Source of the DNA: Octopus sinensis
Taxonomy: Eukaryota
NCBI RefSeq assembly: GCF_006345805.1
Contig: NC_042998.1
Span: 90,396,001-90,460,000 of the forward strand
Direction: 5' to 3'
Length of the DNA stretch: 64,000 nucleotides
A program made the translations under genes and the position numbers. The number at the start of each line of letters is the position of its first letter. The first letter of the stretch is position 1. This document shows, piece by piece, positions 22,355 through 35,724 of the stretch. Below the pieces are notes generated by a model. That model did no database searches and was not told where the DNA came from. It saw only the letters and a list, made by a program, of their open reading frames with translations.

Positions 22355-23267
22355 CGAAGTAGTATCGAAATGTTCCTAGACTAGTTCTGTAGCACACCAA
22401 CAGATGACAGCACATGGTTGCATGCACAATGACACCAAGAAGTGACCTTCATGAGGCAAAGCGCCAAGTGAACTCACTGTGTTTACTTTGTAAATTGTGA
22501 AATTTGTGTTTTTGTGATCACATATATGCTGTGGTCTGCGATTTTGTCATGGATAGGAACAAAGAGCCAATGTGAAATTTTGCGTTAAACTTGGGAAGTC
22601 TGCTATGGAGGCATTGAGCATGCTTTGGCAAGCTTACAGCAAGGCAATAGGTTGTATGCAATGTTTCAAGTGGCACAGATGCTTCAAAAGTGGAAGAATA
22701 TCCCTGGAAGGCAATGAGTGATCTGGAAGACCTGCCATGAGAGCTAATCCTGGAAATGTGGTATAATGCTTTGAGAATTTGTCCCCAGACCAGACTGTCA
22801 ATTGAGAGTTCTACTGTGACATTTTGAAGTTGCTTGATGGAGGACATTTGGCGAAAGCAACCAGATCTGTGGGATATTAAGAATTGGATTCTTCACTATG
22901 ACAATGCACCCTGTCACTAAGTTCTCCTCATTCGTGAGTTTCTCACCAAAACAACATGGTATTGCTTCCACACTCATCTATTCACCAGACTCAGCACCTG
23001 CAGACTTCCATCTCTTCCCCAAGATGAAAATGCAGCTTAAATGTTGTCATTTTAACACCGTTATTGAGATCCCATACGAATCGCAGAAGGTGTTCGATTC
23101 ACTTATGAAAACGACTACCAGGCCGGATTCCAAATGTGGCAGGAATGCCGGAACTGGTGTATTGCTGTGCAAGGTGACTATTTCAAAGGAGATGATGTTA
23201 AAACTTAGGTAAATAATTTATTTTTTATTAAACATAACTAATCCAGGAACTTTTTGATACCAACTTT
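22355..23267 (+). mobile_element. Internally deleted mariner
   Basis: TA + CGAAGTAGTATCGAAATGTTCC TIR; right TIR GGAACTTTTTGATACC + TA. Transposase remnants EQRANVKFCVKLGKS, HYDNAPCH, YSPDSAPADFHLFPKMK. Confidence 0.88.
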
Positions 23268-24450
23268 TATTTCCTATCTTTCACAAAATCATGTTTAATC
23301 ACAGGAAAATGTCCCTTTGTTAGGTAATGAATGAGGGTTAGCAATAAACAAGGCATTCAACTGTAGAAAATCTGTCTCAATGAATTCTACCTGCCCCATA
23401 CAAGCTTGGGAAAGTTGATGTTAAAAAACGATGACAATCAGTAGAGAATACATGAAAAAATTAATAAAAAGAAACAGCTTAGTAATTTTTAAAATGTAAG
23501 CATGGTTTCTAAAAAGTAAAAACAATCTTCAAAATTCCAGATGATTTCAATGTTCCAGCTTTTTATATTTCATTTTTTTAAAATGATTAGATAATTAATT
23601 ACATAAGTACCTGTAATCAAACAGAAATTCTGATACCTATCAAATTTCAAGGATGATGTTAGAACTTGAAAGTGTATGACACCTATATAGTTAATTTAGT
23701 GTTACCCCAATGGACTCTCCATCAGTTTCCAAAACAAGTATTTAGTTCTTTAATCAACAAAATGTTGGACCTGTAAAATTCACATGTAAATGACTGAGTA
23801 TTCCAGCCATACTTCCTAAGCAGAGTCAGCACAAAAATGTGATAAAGCTAGACTTTCAATTACTGAAATAATTCATCTGAGTGGGCTTCCACAGAGTTTT
23901 GATCTACCAAAATTTACTCATAAGTTTGAGTCAACTAATGATGATGCTGAAGACATTTATCCAAGGTGCTCCACAACTCCCAGGAATTGAAACCAGGGTC
24001 AAAGCAAACTTCTTAATCCCTTTGCCATGCCAGTTAAATATTTATAGTACTAACAGAATATTTAAAATTGCAAATGTGGTGAAAGAAAAACAAGAAGTCA
24101 ATAACTAATATCATTTTGACTATTAGTGTCAGTCTTATTGTCAAATTTCACGCCTTTGACCTATGTAAGTAATCAATATTATTTTGTTCATTTATTTTAC
24201 AGGAACTGGGGAAGATAACTATGTACATATTTCCTTCTTATTCTGACTTTATTAGAAAAACCTAGATTTTATTATACTCACTGAAGAAATAACATATAAA
24301 TTTCAGAGTAAATGCACAAGATTGTACAGTGGTCAGTTTGAGAAAATAAATTGTTTAGAAATAAATAATTCAAAAGCATTGTTATTCAAATACAAAACAG
24401 TAGTTTAATCAACAGTGACATATTTGATGCAGGGGTCATAAAAGAATCAA

Positions 24451-24745
24451 ATCATCATCATCATTCATTTAACGTCTGCTTTCCTTGCTAGCATGGGTTG
24501 GACAATTTGACTGAGGACTGGCAAACCAGATGGCTGCAGCAGGGTCCAATCTGATCTGGCAGAGTTTCTACAGCTGGATGCCCTTCCTAATGCCAACCAC
24601 TTCGAGAGTGTAGTGGGTGCTTTTACATGCCACCGGTACGAGGGCCAGTCAGGTGGTACTGGCAACAGCCACACACAAATGGTGTTTTTTACGTACCACC
24701 TGCACAGGAGCCAGTCCAGCGGCACTGGCATAACTGGCACTCCAT
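24451..24745 (-). mobile_element. RTE 3' UTR fragment
   Basis: (ATC)n tttaacgtctgctttccttgctagcatgg. Confidence 0.85.
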
Positions 24746-25056
24746 TGGTTATGATGATAAGGGTTTCAATTGATCCAATCAACAAAACAGCCAGCTCTTG
24801 AAATTAACATCCATGTGGCTGAGCACTCCACAGACACGTGTACTCTTAACATAGTTCTCAGGGAGATTTAGTGTGACACAGAGTAACAAGGTTGACCTTT
24901 TCAGATACAGGTACTACTCATTTTTGCCAGCTGAGTGGATTGGAATGATATGAAATTAATTGTCTTGCTCAAGGACACAATGTGTCACTGGGAACTGAAC
25001 TCACAATCTTATGATCATGAACCAAATATCCTAACCACTAAGCCACATGCCTTCAC
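24746..25056 (-). mobile_element. tRNA-derived SINE family E, near full length
   Basis: Minus strand head TGGCTTAGTGGTTAGG...GAGTTCAGTTCCC, then GTCCTTGAGCAAGAC. Confidence 0.8.
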
Positions 25057-25744
25057 TATATAGATATATGAATGAGAAAAAACAATATAAGTGAATGAGT
25101 AATATTATTTTTCTTTTTTTCAGCACGTACATGTTTCAGTTTCAGTCATTCTTTCCACATCTGGGAATGCAGTATCTATTCTTAACCCTTTGTGCATCAC
25201 ATATTATACACAGGATGTATTTCCCTGGTATCCATGTATCATATATGACACACATTCCCAATTTTTTTCAACTACCAGAGCATCTTGGAAAGCTTTATAT
25301 TACACAGAAGGTATAAAACAAGGGCTAACTAAAATCCTGAAAACAAGCATGGACATTTAGGACAAACTTTTGAAAATGATTTAGACAGGCAAGGGATTAA
25401 ACTGGAAATGCATTCATTAACAAAAAAATGTATATTTTCTTCATTTACAAATAAAATTTTTTAAGAAAACACACAATTTTAGGAATATTATAAAATATCA
25501 ATAAAATGTAAGGGCATGAAAAGTCATAAAAACATTATCATCAAACTGAACTGTGATGTCATAATATATATATTGCTGAATAAATAAATTTGTTTTGTCA
25601 TCATCAAATGATTTGTATAAACAACAAATTGCTTCTCAAGAATTTGGGAGAATATGAGAAAGTTAAGGAATAAAGAAAAATATAAACCTTTCTAAAATTT
25701 CACCTTAGACTGCTGATGATTATTTAAATAGTGCCTGCTGCTGC

Positions 25745-25915
25745 TGATGATGATGATGATGATGATGATGTTGATGATGATGATGATAATGACGATGATG
25801 ATGGGGATGAGGATGATGATGATCAACATCATCACCATCGTCATTATCATCATCATCATTCATCATCACCACTACTACCACCGTCATCATCATCATCATC
25901 ATCTTGCCATTATCA
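25745..25915. repeat. (GAT)n followed by (CAT)n, an inverted microsatellite pair
   Basis: Read directly from sequence. Confidence 0.85.
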
Positions 25916-25965
25916 TCATAAGTTGACATAGATTCTAAGATCGATTATTGCAAAATATTTCCCTG

Positions 25966-26111
25966 TAGCTTGCTTATCAGCCACATTTTTCCAGGTTCAG
26001 TCCCACTGTGTGGCACCGTGGGTAAGTGTCTTCTACTATAGCCTCGGGCCGACCAAAGCCTTGTGAGTGGATTTGGTATACGGAAACTGAAAGAAGCCTG
26101 TCGTATATATA

Positions 26112-26161
<50 letters not shown>

Positions 26162-26362
26162 TGTGTGTGTATGTGTCCCCAACATCGCTTGACAACTGAT
26201 GCTGGTGTGTTTACATCCCCATAACTTAGCGGTTTGGCAAAAGAGACTGATAGAATAAGTACTAGGCTTACAAACAATAAGTCCTGGGTTCGATTTGCTT
26301 GACTAAAGGCGGTGCTCCAGCATGGCCACAGTCAAAAGGACTGAAACAAGTAAAAGAGTAAA
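25966..26362 (+). mobile_element. SINE family C with internal (GT)n
   Basis: ggttcagtcccactgtgtggcacc...ggaaactgaaagaagcc...(GT)n...gaaacaagtaaaagagtaaa. Confidence 0.88.
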
Positions 26363-27031
26363 CTGTATAACAATAATGTTGTAAAAGAAAGTGTGTGTGT
26401 CTAAGATTAGAAATAATTCACCCACAAGACATTCAATTCTACACAAACCATACACACAAATGAGTTGTTCACTCAAGGATACTTCCTATTCATTAATATA
26501 ATGAAAGTTGCTTAATATTTTGCAAACACTTGTACCATTAGTGTAATTCTCAAGCAGAATCAGCATGACATTCTTTGAATTATAGTTACAGTCCATCCAA
26601 GGGGCCTCCTCATTATTTCTGTCTTTTCAATTTTGCTGTTAAGGTTGTGTTGACACTTGGCCCATGCTGCTGCACAATGGAAGAAAACAACTGGGATTTT
26701 TTTTATTACGATATCTTCTGAGCTCTTTGGTCATATATATCCATATAAACAGATACATGTATAGATGATACTTACATGTAGATATTTGGTCATATATACC
26801 CATATACATATATAGATGATGCTTACATGTAGCAAAAAAAGCAGTGGTCAATTATCTTATGTTCCCAGAGTGTAAATCTGAGCTGTATTGTCCTCACTAT
26901 GTCCTCAGTTCTTCAAACTGTGAACTATATGGTCACTCCATTTCATATGATCTAAAAAACTAACTGCCATAATCATGTGATCCATGTTATAATTTGCATA
27001 ACATCTAAGAAGAGCTTTTTAACTCTAATTA

Positions 27032-27556
27032 CCATAAATCCTCGAGTATAGTCTGCCCTTCAGTATAATACGCAGGGGATTTTTAGTGGGCTGTACCTCT
27101 GAAAAACCTAAACCTTGTGTATAATATGCACCCCTTCTCTAACTTGAGTTGTGCATAATTAAGCCAGCAGCACCTAGATGAACAAACACTTCCACACATG
27201 CATAATACAATAATGGTGATGTTCTTAACTGTTATATGGGAATGTAAATATGTTTGCAAATTGTTTTTGCTACATGTTATTCTGTGTTCTGGATACTTTT
27301 ATTTTAATAAATTTTGCTTACTGCAAGTATATGGATGATTCTTTTATGACTTCATTACTTTCAGTTTTAGCTGAAGGTATTTTTGCACCCGACATCACAA
27401 AATGCATCTGAATAAACATTGCCAGATAGCAAATGGAGACTCAGACATTGCTTAGAAAATATTTTTTTATTTTTAACCTCGTATATAATATGCACTAGGG
27501 ATTTTGACCTTTAAATTTTGGGGTATAAAATGCGGATTATACTTAAGGATTTACGG
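27032..27556. mobile_element. Tc1/pogo-type MITE
   Basis: TIRs CCATAAATCCTCGAGTATAGTCTGC / GCGGATTATACTTAAGGATTTACGG, TA on both sides. Confidence 0.8.
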
Positions 27557-30544
27557 TACTAATCTCTGAAGTGAAACCAATATTAACTTTCAATTAGCTT
27601 AAATTATTTCCATTTCAGAAACAACATATGAATACATAACTCATGCAAAGCTCTGTATTTTAGACAAAAGTGGGTTGTTGTAACATGCATGCCTTTCCCC
27701 AAATCATTAAAGACACAAATGAATTGGCTTCAACTAACAATAAAAAAATATATCACAAACTTGTTTTACCAAAAGCTTACTTCTTGAGAGTTCATACTTC
27801 AATTGACACAGTGCCAGAAATTTGTATGAGCAAAAAAAAAATCAAAAGAAATATAATGAACTCAGAATATCAAAACGATAGGTCATTACATTAATATATC
27901 TGCCTCTCTACTTCTCAGCCCCCATCCCTAGCCATGCTCCAGTTATGTACATTATGAAGTGGATGTATTTATATACGGAATTTATAGATTTTAAATAAAT
28001 TACTTTACATAGTTATTACTTTTTTAAATGTTGGGCATTTAGAACAGTTTAGGGTTACCTCCCTTGCAGTTGAAATCTCAATTTTCATTCAAATTTTTTT
28101 TTTCAATTGGCAAGCATCAAGCCAACAATTTTCAAAAGTCAATATTGAGTATTATTAAAGTGATTGAATAAACACCTGAATATTATTAGTTCTTATTTTA
28201 TTAACTCTTAAGCAATGAGAGGCCCAGACAATTCCTAGATATATCTAGAGACATGAAATTAAATGCTGTAATGCATTTAGTTTATCACTCAACCATATCT
28301 ATTTGCTATTTCCTTGTAATATATTAAAGCTGATCAAACACTTGAACGTGTTTGTTTTCCAGTTTGAGTATGAAACTTCCAACATTAAGGTCAGTATTGT
28401 ATCTCTGGAGGTGTTGCTTATCTGTACTGTACTTTCTATGGAAAGTACACAAGAAATGTTAAATGGATTGCTGGAAAATAAATTTAAGAGGTTAGGTCTT
28501 ACATTTTGTTTAATACTTAATCATTTCTGAACAGTAAAATGCAATGGATAAGTGTATCAGGGCTCAGCTTGTAAGTAACTTCATATCAAGTCACAAGTTG
28601 CAAGTGCTGCATTGTATATTTGAGTAAGGAAATTCTAGTTTTTACAATTTAAGCAACATATAACAAGTTTATTTTTAACTGTGTTATGCCCCAATACAAA
28701 GTTTGTTGCTCATCTTAATATTTCAAGGCAGCAGAAGACAGATTACATGCTAGTGGACAAAAGAACTGGTGGGGATTATGAAAAGATTTGAAAAAAAAAT
28801 TAATCTGAATAAAACTATTAAAGGAAGTAGGCTCATGAAAAAAAAAACCTAGTTTATGCAAGCAAGTATGACCTGGATGCATGTACTGTGCTTTTGCCAG
28901 TTGTTTTGGATACCTGTGTAGTTGCAAGCAATCACAAACTCACTTGATACCATAAGTATTGTGGATATGACAGCTGAGGGGAGACAGCTGGTATGTCACT
29001 TGCGTAGCCTTAGCCAATGTGAAATAAAGTGCATTGCACAAGAGTACAACTTGTTACACATTTCAGGAATCAAACCTATGACCTTGCAATCATAAGTCAA
29101 ATATCTCAACCACAAGGCCATGTATCTTCATAATGATAGCTTTTTTTTGTTGCAGTTTGTGGGTTTTTTCTCACAAGAAGGTCATAGACACTGGAATAAT
29201 TAGTAGAACATTACATGAAAATGCTTTGTAGTATTTTGTTGCATCTCTTTTATGTTCTAAATTTAAATTCTTCCAAAGCTAGCTTTGTCTTTCATCCTTC
29301 AAAAAATAAAATAAAATACCAATAAAGTACATGAGATGACTTTGTTATTAGTTCTTTTCTGCAAGATTTGTGTCCTTGTACCTAAATTATTAACCATTTG
29401 GATAGAGACCGTGCCTGGCTCTATGATACAAACTCCATGGTTTTTAGAAATTTAGATTAAAACTTTAACTTTCTTTCAAAATTTCTTATTAATTTGTTCT
29501 ACATATCAGGGAAACAAAGTTTTGCCCATCAAAAATATGGTAGCACATATGTTCATCTTTATTTCAACAAAACTACAAAGTATTGTGAAAATTGATCCGA
29601 AATATTTGTTTAGAGATTTGAAAAAGAAATCAATAAACTTAATTTTTTTACTTAGTTTCTTTTAAATAAGTTTTATTTGTTTCAGTTGTTGGGCTATGGA
29701 CATACTGGAGCACCACTTTACCTGCTCAGTTGAATGAATTTACCCCAGTACTTATTGCAGTCTGGTGCTTATGCTATCATTCTCTTTTGCCAAATTGCTA
29801 GGTTATGGGGACATAAATAAATCAACCTGCAGTTGTACATAGGCAAACATAAACACACACACACACACGCACGCACACACACACGCATGCACACACACAC
29901 ACACATGACATACTTCCATACAGTTTCAATGTACCAAATTCACTCACAAGGCATTGGTCAGTCCAATAATGAAAGACAATTATCATGTAGTGGGATATTG
30001 AACATGAAACCTTGTGATTGCAAAGTGAACTTCTTAACTATACAACCTGATTATGATATATTTTATCATCAGGTAAAACATGCTTCGATTTTCCTAAGTT
30101 TATCACCCCCCATGATTCTACAGTGCATTCAGGAAATTAGCAGGACATCGTTGCAATTACAACAAATGCCAGTCGTTTCTATTTAGAGATAGTAAAAGCT
30201 ATTTCAAAATTGTTAAGTTGCAGTGAAACCCAACTGGTATTCAAACAGCTTTTCCTAACAACTTCCCATCAAGTTAAAAGCTGTAACTGTATGAGCTGTA
30301 TGCAATCCCTGCTATAGGAGTTACATAACTAGAACATATATTTTCAGCATTATGTGGTATAATATTAGGATCACTTGTATAAGATGACTTTCCAAAAATG
30401 AAAGGAATGTGTCTTCTTACTCTTCTATCATACAAACTGACAAATTCATAACATCTGATTTGCAGTAGAGACTAGTTTATGGCTGAAACAAGGCAGTCAA
30501 ATAGAAGACTATTTGTGACATCTATGTAATATTTCAAATTCTTT

Positions 30545-30765
30545 AAGGTAGTGAACAGGTAGAATCATTAGCATGTCAGGCAAAATGCTTAGTGGTATTT
30601 CATCTGTCTTTAAGTTCTGAGTTCAAATTCTGCTGAGATCAACTTTGCCTTTCATCCTTTCAGTGTTGAGAAAATAAGTACCAGTTGAGCACTAGGCTCT
30701 ATGTAACCAACTTAGCCTCCTCCCAGAAATTTCTGGCCTTGTGCCAAGAGTTGAAAACAATATTT
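30545..30765 (+). mobile_element. SINE family A
   Basis: aaggtagtgaacaggtagaatc...gagttcaaattctgc...gtgccaagagttgaaa. Confidence 0.85.
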
Positions 30766-30904
30766 CAAATGCTTTTCCACAAGTATTGTTAGAGTTACTG
30801 CTCTGATGATATCCTATATCCCACTTACTGGTCATCATTTTTGGTAACCGCTTTAGTACCACAGCTGCTTTCATTGTTGTTATCATCGTCATCAATGCCA
30901 TCAT

Positions 30905-30907
<3 letters not shown>

Positions 30908-30940
<33 letters not shown>

Positions 30941-31259
30941 TGTGTACAGTGCTCAGGTGCACTACAACTCATCTAAAGTGTATATATAATCAGGTGTAGT
31001 TTCGGCGGATTTCGGAAAGCATGAGGGCCTTAAAAGATGCAGTGTCATGGCAGTCAACAACTGACGCAGGCAGTTTATTCCATGCTTCAGCAACTCTGAG
31101 CGTGAAAAAATGTTTCCGAAAGTCATGGGAGCTGTATTGTTTTCTGACTTTGTAGGCATGTCCACGTGTGTTAGACACATGGAGATCAAAAAGGTGTTCA
31201 GTGTTGTTGTTGGTGAGGTGGTTGATAACTTTGTGGGTGTTTACCAAGTCCGTCGCCAA
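30908..31259 (-). mobile_element. CR1-clade LINE 3' end with (ATT)n tail
   Basis: Open frame ...NTRGHAYKVRKQYSSHDFRKHFFTLRVAEAWNKLPASVV...FKALM* is the typical CR1 ORF2 C-terminus. Short UTR, then tail. Confidence 0.88.
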
Positions 31260-34200
31260 ACGCCAACATCATCATCACAAAAACGATGATGACGACAGCA
31301 ACAATCACCACAACAATCACCACCACCACCACCATCACCACTACCACTATCCCCACCACCACCACCATAATTTTTGTTGAGAGAAATAACATGGTATAAG
31401 TGCAAGATTTATTAAGGTCTCCTACATTTCTTGATGTCACATAAACACAGATTAGATCATTTTTCTATCCTAACATTATCATGGTTTATGATGATGATTT
31501 CTTTTTTTTTTACAATGGAAGTGTTATGGCCATGAACAACTCATTTAGCTTAACCCAATTCATCTCAGCTCACCTAGTTTGTCGTCATTGTCATTGTCAT
31601 CACCATCATCATTATTGTTATCATTTTTTCACACTCACCTTTTCTTTGCTAATAAGCATTTTACAGTTATTCATTTCAAGATTTCTTCATTAGTAACTTG
31701 ATAAGAGTGGACATTTAAAAAAAAATTAATGTAAGAGAAGAAATAAGATAATAATTGTAAGATATGAGAATGAAACTGTACAACTATTCATTCATTTGAA
31801 ACATCATAAGATATTGTTTGTCATTATGGCAACAAGCTGGAGCAAGTAACTTGTTTCAGTTGAAAAAATTCATGTGTATGAAAAACATACAAGCAACTTG
31901 AGATATAGTTACTAGGGAATATATGAAGGCATTGGGAAGTGTGATACCAATGTCTTTCTTAAGATAATAACGAAACAAGAAAATCAATTCCAATTCAGTG
32001 ATGAAACCAAATTACTGATGCAGCCTTTTACTTTTTTTTTCTCAATATTAGTAATGAGAATTGGAAATTACTGCTATTTTGGTCTTTGTCACACACACGC
32101 GCACATCCACACACAGATAAACAGAGACAAGTAGCATGGTAAAGATTCTCAGCATTTGTTGGGAACCTGGACAATTTTGTCATCACACCTTAATTAACTG
32201 GTATGATAAACAAAAGGAAATTTAGAGCCCCTTCTTACTTATGCTCAGGTGATAACATCCTTCCTTACTCCCATAATGCTATACCTCTGACACATAGCCG
32301 TACACAGACACATCAAAAATAGTTGTGTTCTGGCTACCTGTGCTTAGGCAACCTTTTAGATGAAATAATTATCCAATATTTATCAATCTACACCCACAAC
32401 TATGCTATTAGCTTAGGAGTGAAATTTAGGATTTCTCAGTTTTCTGTGAATCAATTTTGAAAAAACTTTTCCCTGCTGGTGTGCACATTATGGCAACACC
32501 ATTGTTATGTTTTCATTATTCTATGTAATGTCCTTTCTTTTTTATTTCAGATTCTTCAGTTTTGGGGTGGACCACGCTAATAGCCTTTGAATGAAAATAG
32601 GCCATGTAGACATTTGGGTCTTTTTTTCAGAAAATGAAGGGTAATGATAGATATTAAGTATATATTGAGAATATGTTTAACAGAAAACCATAATATCATA
32701 ACATTTATAGACATAATGAATTATTTAGCCACATGAGTACCATTTGGATGAAAAACTTCAAAAACCCTATTAGTCATGGAATCTGTTAATTTCTTAATAG
32801 TAGCAGGTTGTCTGCTGCAGCTTTGATGGTCACACATCTTTCGATGTAAATTGGAGTCCATCAGCATAAGTATCTTGTTTAATGATGGACCAAAAATTTT
32901 TTGTTAGGGTTGAGACCTGGAGATGCTAGTGGCCACATCAACCTTTTACCCTGTATACCATAAGACCCTAGTAATATTTGGGTGGTCATTTATATGACAG
33001 TGGTGCTCACTTACAACTATCACATACATGCATGCATGCACACACACACATGCATGTACACACACACGCATGCACACACACACGCACACATACATACATA
33101 CATAGTTTCCATCCACCAATCCCACTCATGTCATATTTAGACTGAACCTAAATTAAAGACTTGTTAATATTTTTCTGATTCAATGCATATTGAGTTCAAA
33201 TCCAGCCAAGATCAACTTAGCCTTTCATCCTTTTGGTAACAATAAATAAAGTACCAGTCGAAAATGGAGGTTTGATGGAACTGTCAGAGTGTCAATGGGA
33301 TATCATGATATATCTAATCCACTTCTTTGCATTCTAAAGGCAAAACCTGCATCAATACTCGTACCAAACTGTATCAGCCAAGCCTTTCTTTGAGACAACA
33401 TCAGTGACATAGAAAAGAACAACTGCTAGTTTTCCACAATAATCCTTGTGCAAGCCATCACATTAGCAAGGAACATTCCAGATGAAGATTCTCAGACTGA
33501 CTATAACAGACAAACATATGTCACTGATGTATACAAAGGTAATTTCTTAAGCAGATATGAAACATTAAACAAGTCGATCAATGTTTTTTTTATTTTTTTA
33601 CATAAAATAATACTTGTTGTAAATTGTTAGTTTATGAATGGAACAATTGCATTCAGATGGAAGATTCTGTCTGTCTGTATCTGTTTGTTATGCCTACATG
33701 ATATACTGCTGTAATATTTTAAATGTCTTTCTCCAGCTGTGAGTGTTACTGCTCTCAATGGTATCTTATGTTTCACTTGCCAGTTGTCCTCCTGCTTCTC
33801 TTACACCTATCTTCTTCTCCTCCTCCTCTTCCTCCTCATCATCATCACCATCATCTTTATAAATCTGTTTATGGCTTCACATGTCTTCAGTCTTCACAGA
33901 TCTTTCACATATAACATCAATGTTTTGCTTCCACACAGCATTACACCTCTTAGACATGCTTCATATGTTCTTCTTTTCACATAGCAAGAAAAATTAATTC
34001 TTTGTTACAACCAGGAGCAACAGATCATCAAAGTTCTTCCACTCTTTTCAAACTCCAGCTATTATATTTTCTTTACAACTTTCTCCAATAACATAAATTA
34101 TTAACATCTGGTGAGCTATCAGGATAGTTTATGGTATTTGTTAAATGTGGATATGCTGTCATGCTCTCACTCATTCACTACTAAATGATTGCAAGTTGTA

Positions 34201-35388
34201 TTATCTTTTGTATTCTTTCTTTTCAATGTAACTATTGAACCTGCCAAAATTTATGTTTATAATAGTCAAGCAGTCCTGTATCAAGGATATAGTTGATCAA
34301 ATGTTTAAGGACAACTCTCAGATGATCACACCCAAAAGAAACTGATCAATATTCAAAAAATTCTAATAATAAGTCACTAACTTGAATGAAGTACAGCATT
34401 TTGAGTCAATGGCAGAGCCTCTGCATGGTGGCTCACCTTGCTGGTAATAGCAGGCAAATCTCCTTTCAAATCACACCTTACTATTTCAAAATGCAAAAAG
34501 ACATGGGATAATATAGTGGTAAATACCACACAAAAAGTCAATGATTGCAGTTGGAATGTTTTTGAATCTAGGTATGCTCAAAATTCACTTGGGGTTAAAC
34601 AATGACTAGCAAACGTCGTCTAATATTTTATGAGCAATAATAATTTAACATAGAAATCCATTATCTTTGAAGTTATGTAACCAAAATATAGCTGTTATTT
34701 CATTTCTTCTCTTATACTCTTTTACTCGTTTCAGTCATTTGACTGCGGCCATGCTGGAGCACCGCCTTTAGTTCAATTTTAAAAGCAATATATAAAAATA
34801 ATCATGACTCTAAAATTTAAACATGCAGTCTCAAATACATGTAATATAGTGAGTTAAAAAAATGTGAATGATTGGTATTATCCAAGCAATTAGTAGTCAA
34901 AATCTCCTGGGGGGTGGTGTTCAAAATCTACAAAGAACAAAATGAGGGAGGTAACTTCAACACGATCAGTTAATCAAAATTTTTTGGCTGTAAGATGATA
35001 CAGGCTGGAGTGCACCGCAGCTTTAAAATCAACTGATGAAAGTGACGGGCATGTTTCAGTTTTATTACACTTCCTCTGTGAAACATACTCTACTCAGTTT
35101 GTGTATGCGTGTGTGTGTGTGCATTTTATATCACTTTGAAAAACAAGTATTTTGTTGGCTTGTGATATTGAGCTTACTCTGTGAATGCCAAGGCAAAAGC
35201 TAATGAAATTAAACATGACAAGAAATCTGGAGTAGAGCTTAGACTATGAATGGCTGGACTATGTCTTTCTTCTGATACAGTTAATATAGTGACAAATGTT
35301 ATATCACCTGTTCCTTTGAACCAAGTATAGGGAAGGAATTCTGACATGTATCTGGACAGTCTATAATTTTCATGTTATCAAAAGTCAA

Positions 35389-35724
35389 TTATTACCTCTG
35401 CCTTAGTGAAAGCAAAGGTATTGTTTTCAGTCGTGCTTGTTTGTTTGTCTGTGGACAAGATACTTCAAGAACCACTGGATGGATTTGGATAAAACTTTCA
35501 GAGATATTTGGCCTCATGACTGGCACAAACTGATTGGATTTGGGGATTGATCCAGTACCAGAGAAGGATTCTGTATTACTTTTTTTGTGTTTTTCATTTA
35601 ATTTTTGAGAGTGGTCAGGTTCCTTTTTAGTATTCTCGTTTGTGGGAGCAGTCATTTATTTCAAATATTCATCTCTGGCTAATCATTGAGAGGACAGAGG
35701 TTTGCACACTTTGAGTGCTTTTGT
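35389..35724 (+). mobile_element. Helentron-associated HINE/DINE-like element, second copy
   Basis: TTATTACCTCTGCCTTAGTGAAAG 5' end, (GTTT)n, 3' GAGGTTTGCACACTTTGAGTGC. Colinear with 3614-3980. Confidence 0.75.

Noticed and set aside
26475-26482. U12-type donor GTATCCTT on the minus strand
   Set aside because: All three upstream frames hit stops within about 20 codons, and no matching branch site or exon was found.
32536-32600. Strong plus-strand acceptor ttttttatttcAG
   Set aside because: No linked exon, donor or recognisable peptide.
33433-33538. Candidate plus-strand exon ending AAAG|GTAATT
   Set aside because: Poor acceptor, no partner exons and no recognisable homology.
35031-35060. 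CTGATGA motif
   Set aside because: No stem II or GAAA, so it is not a hammerhead.
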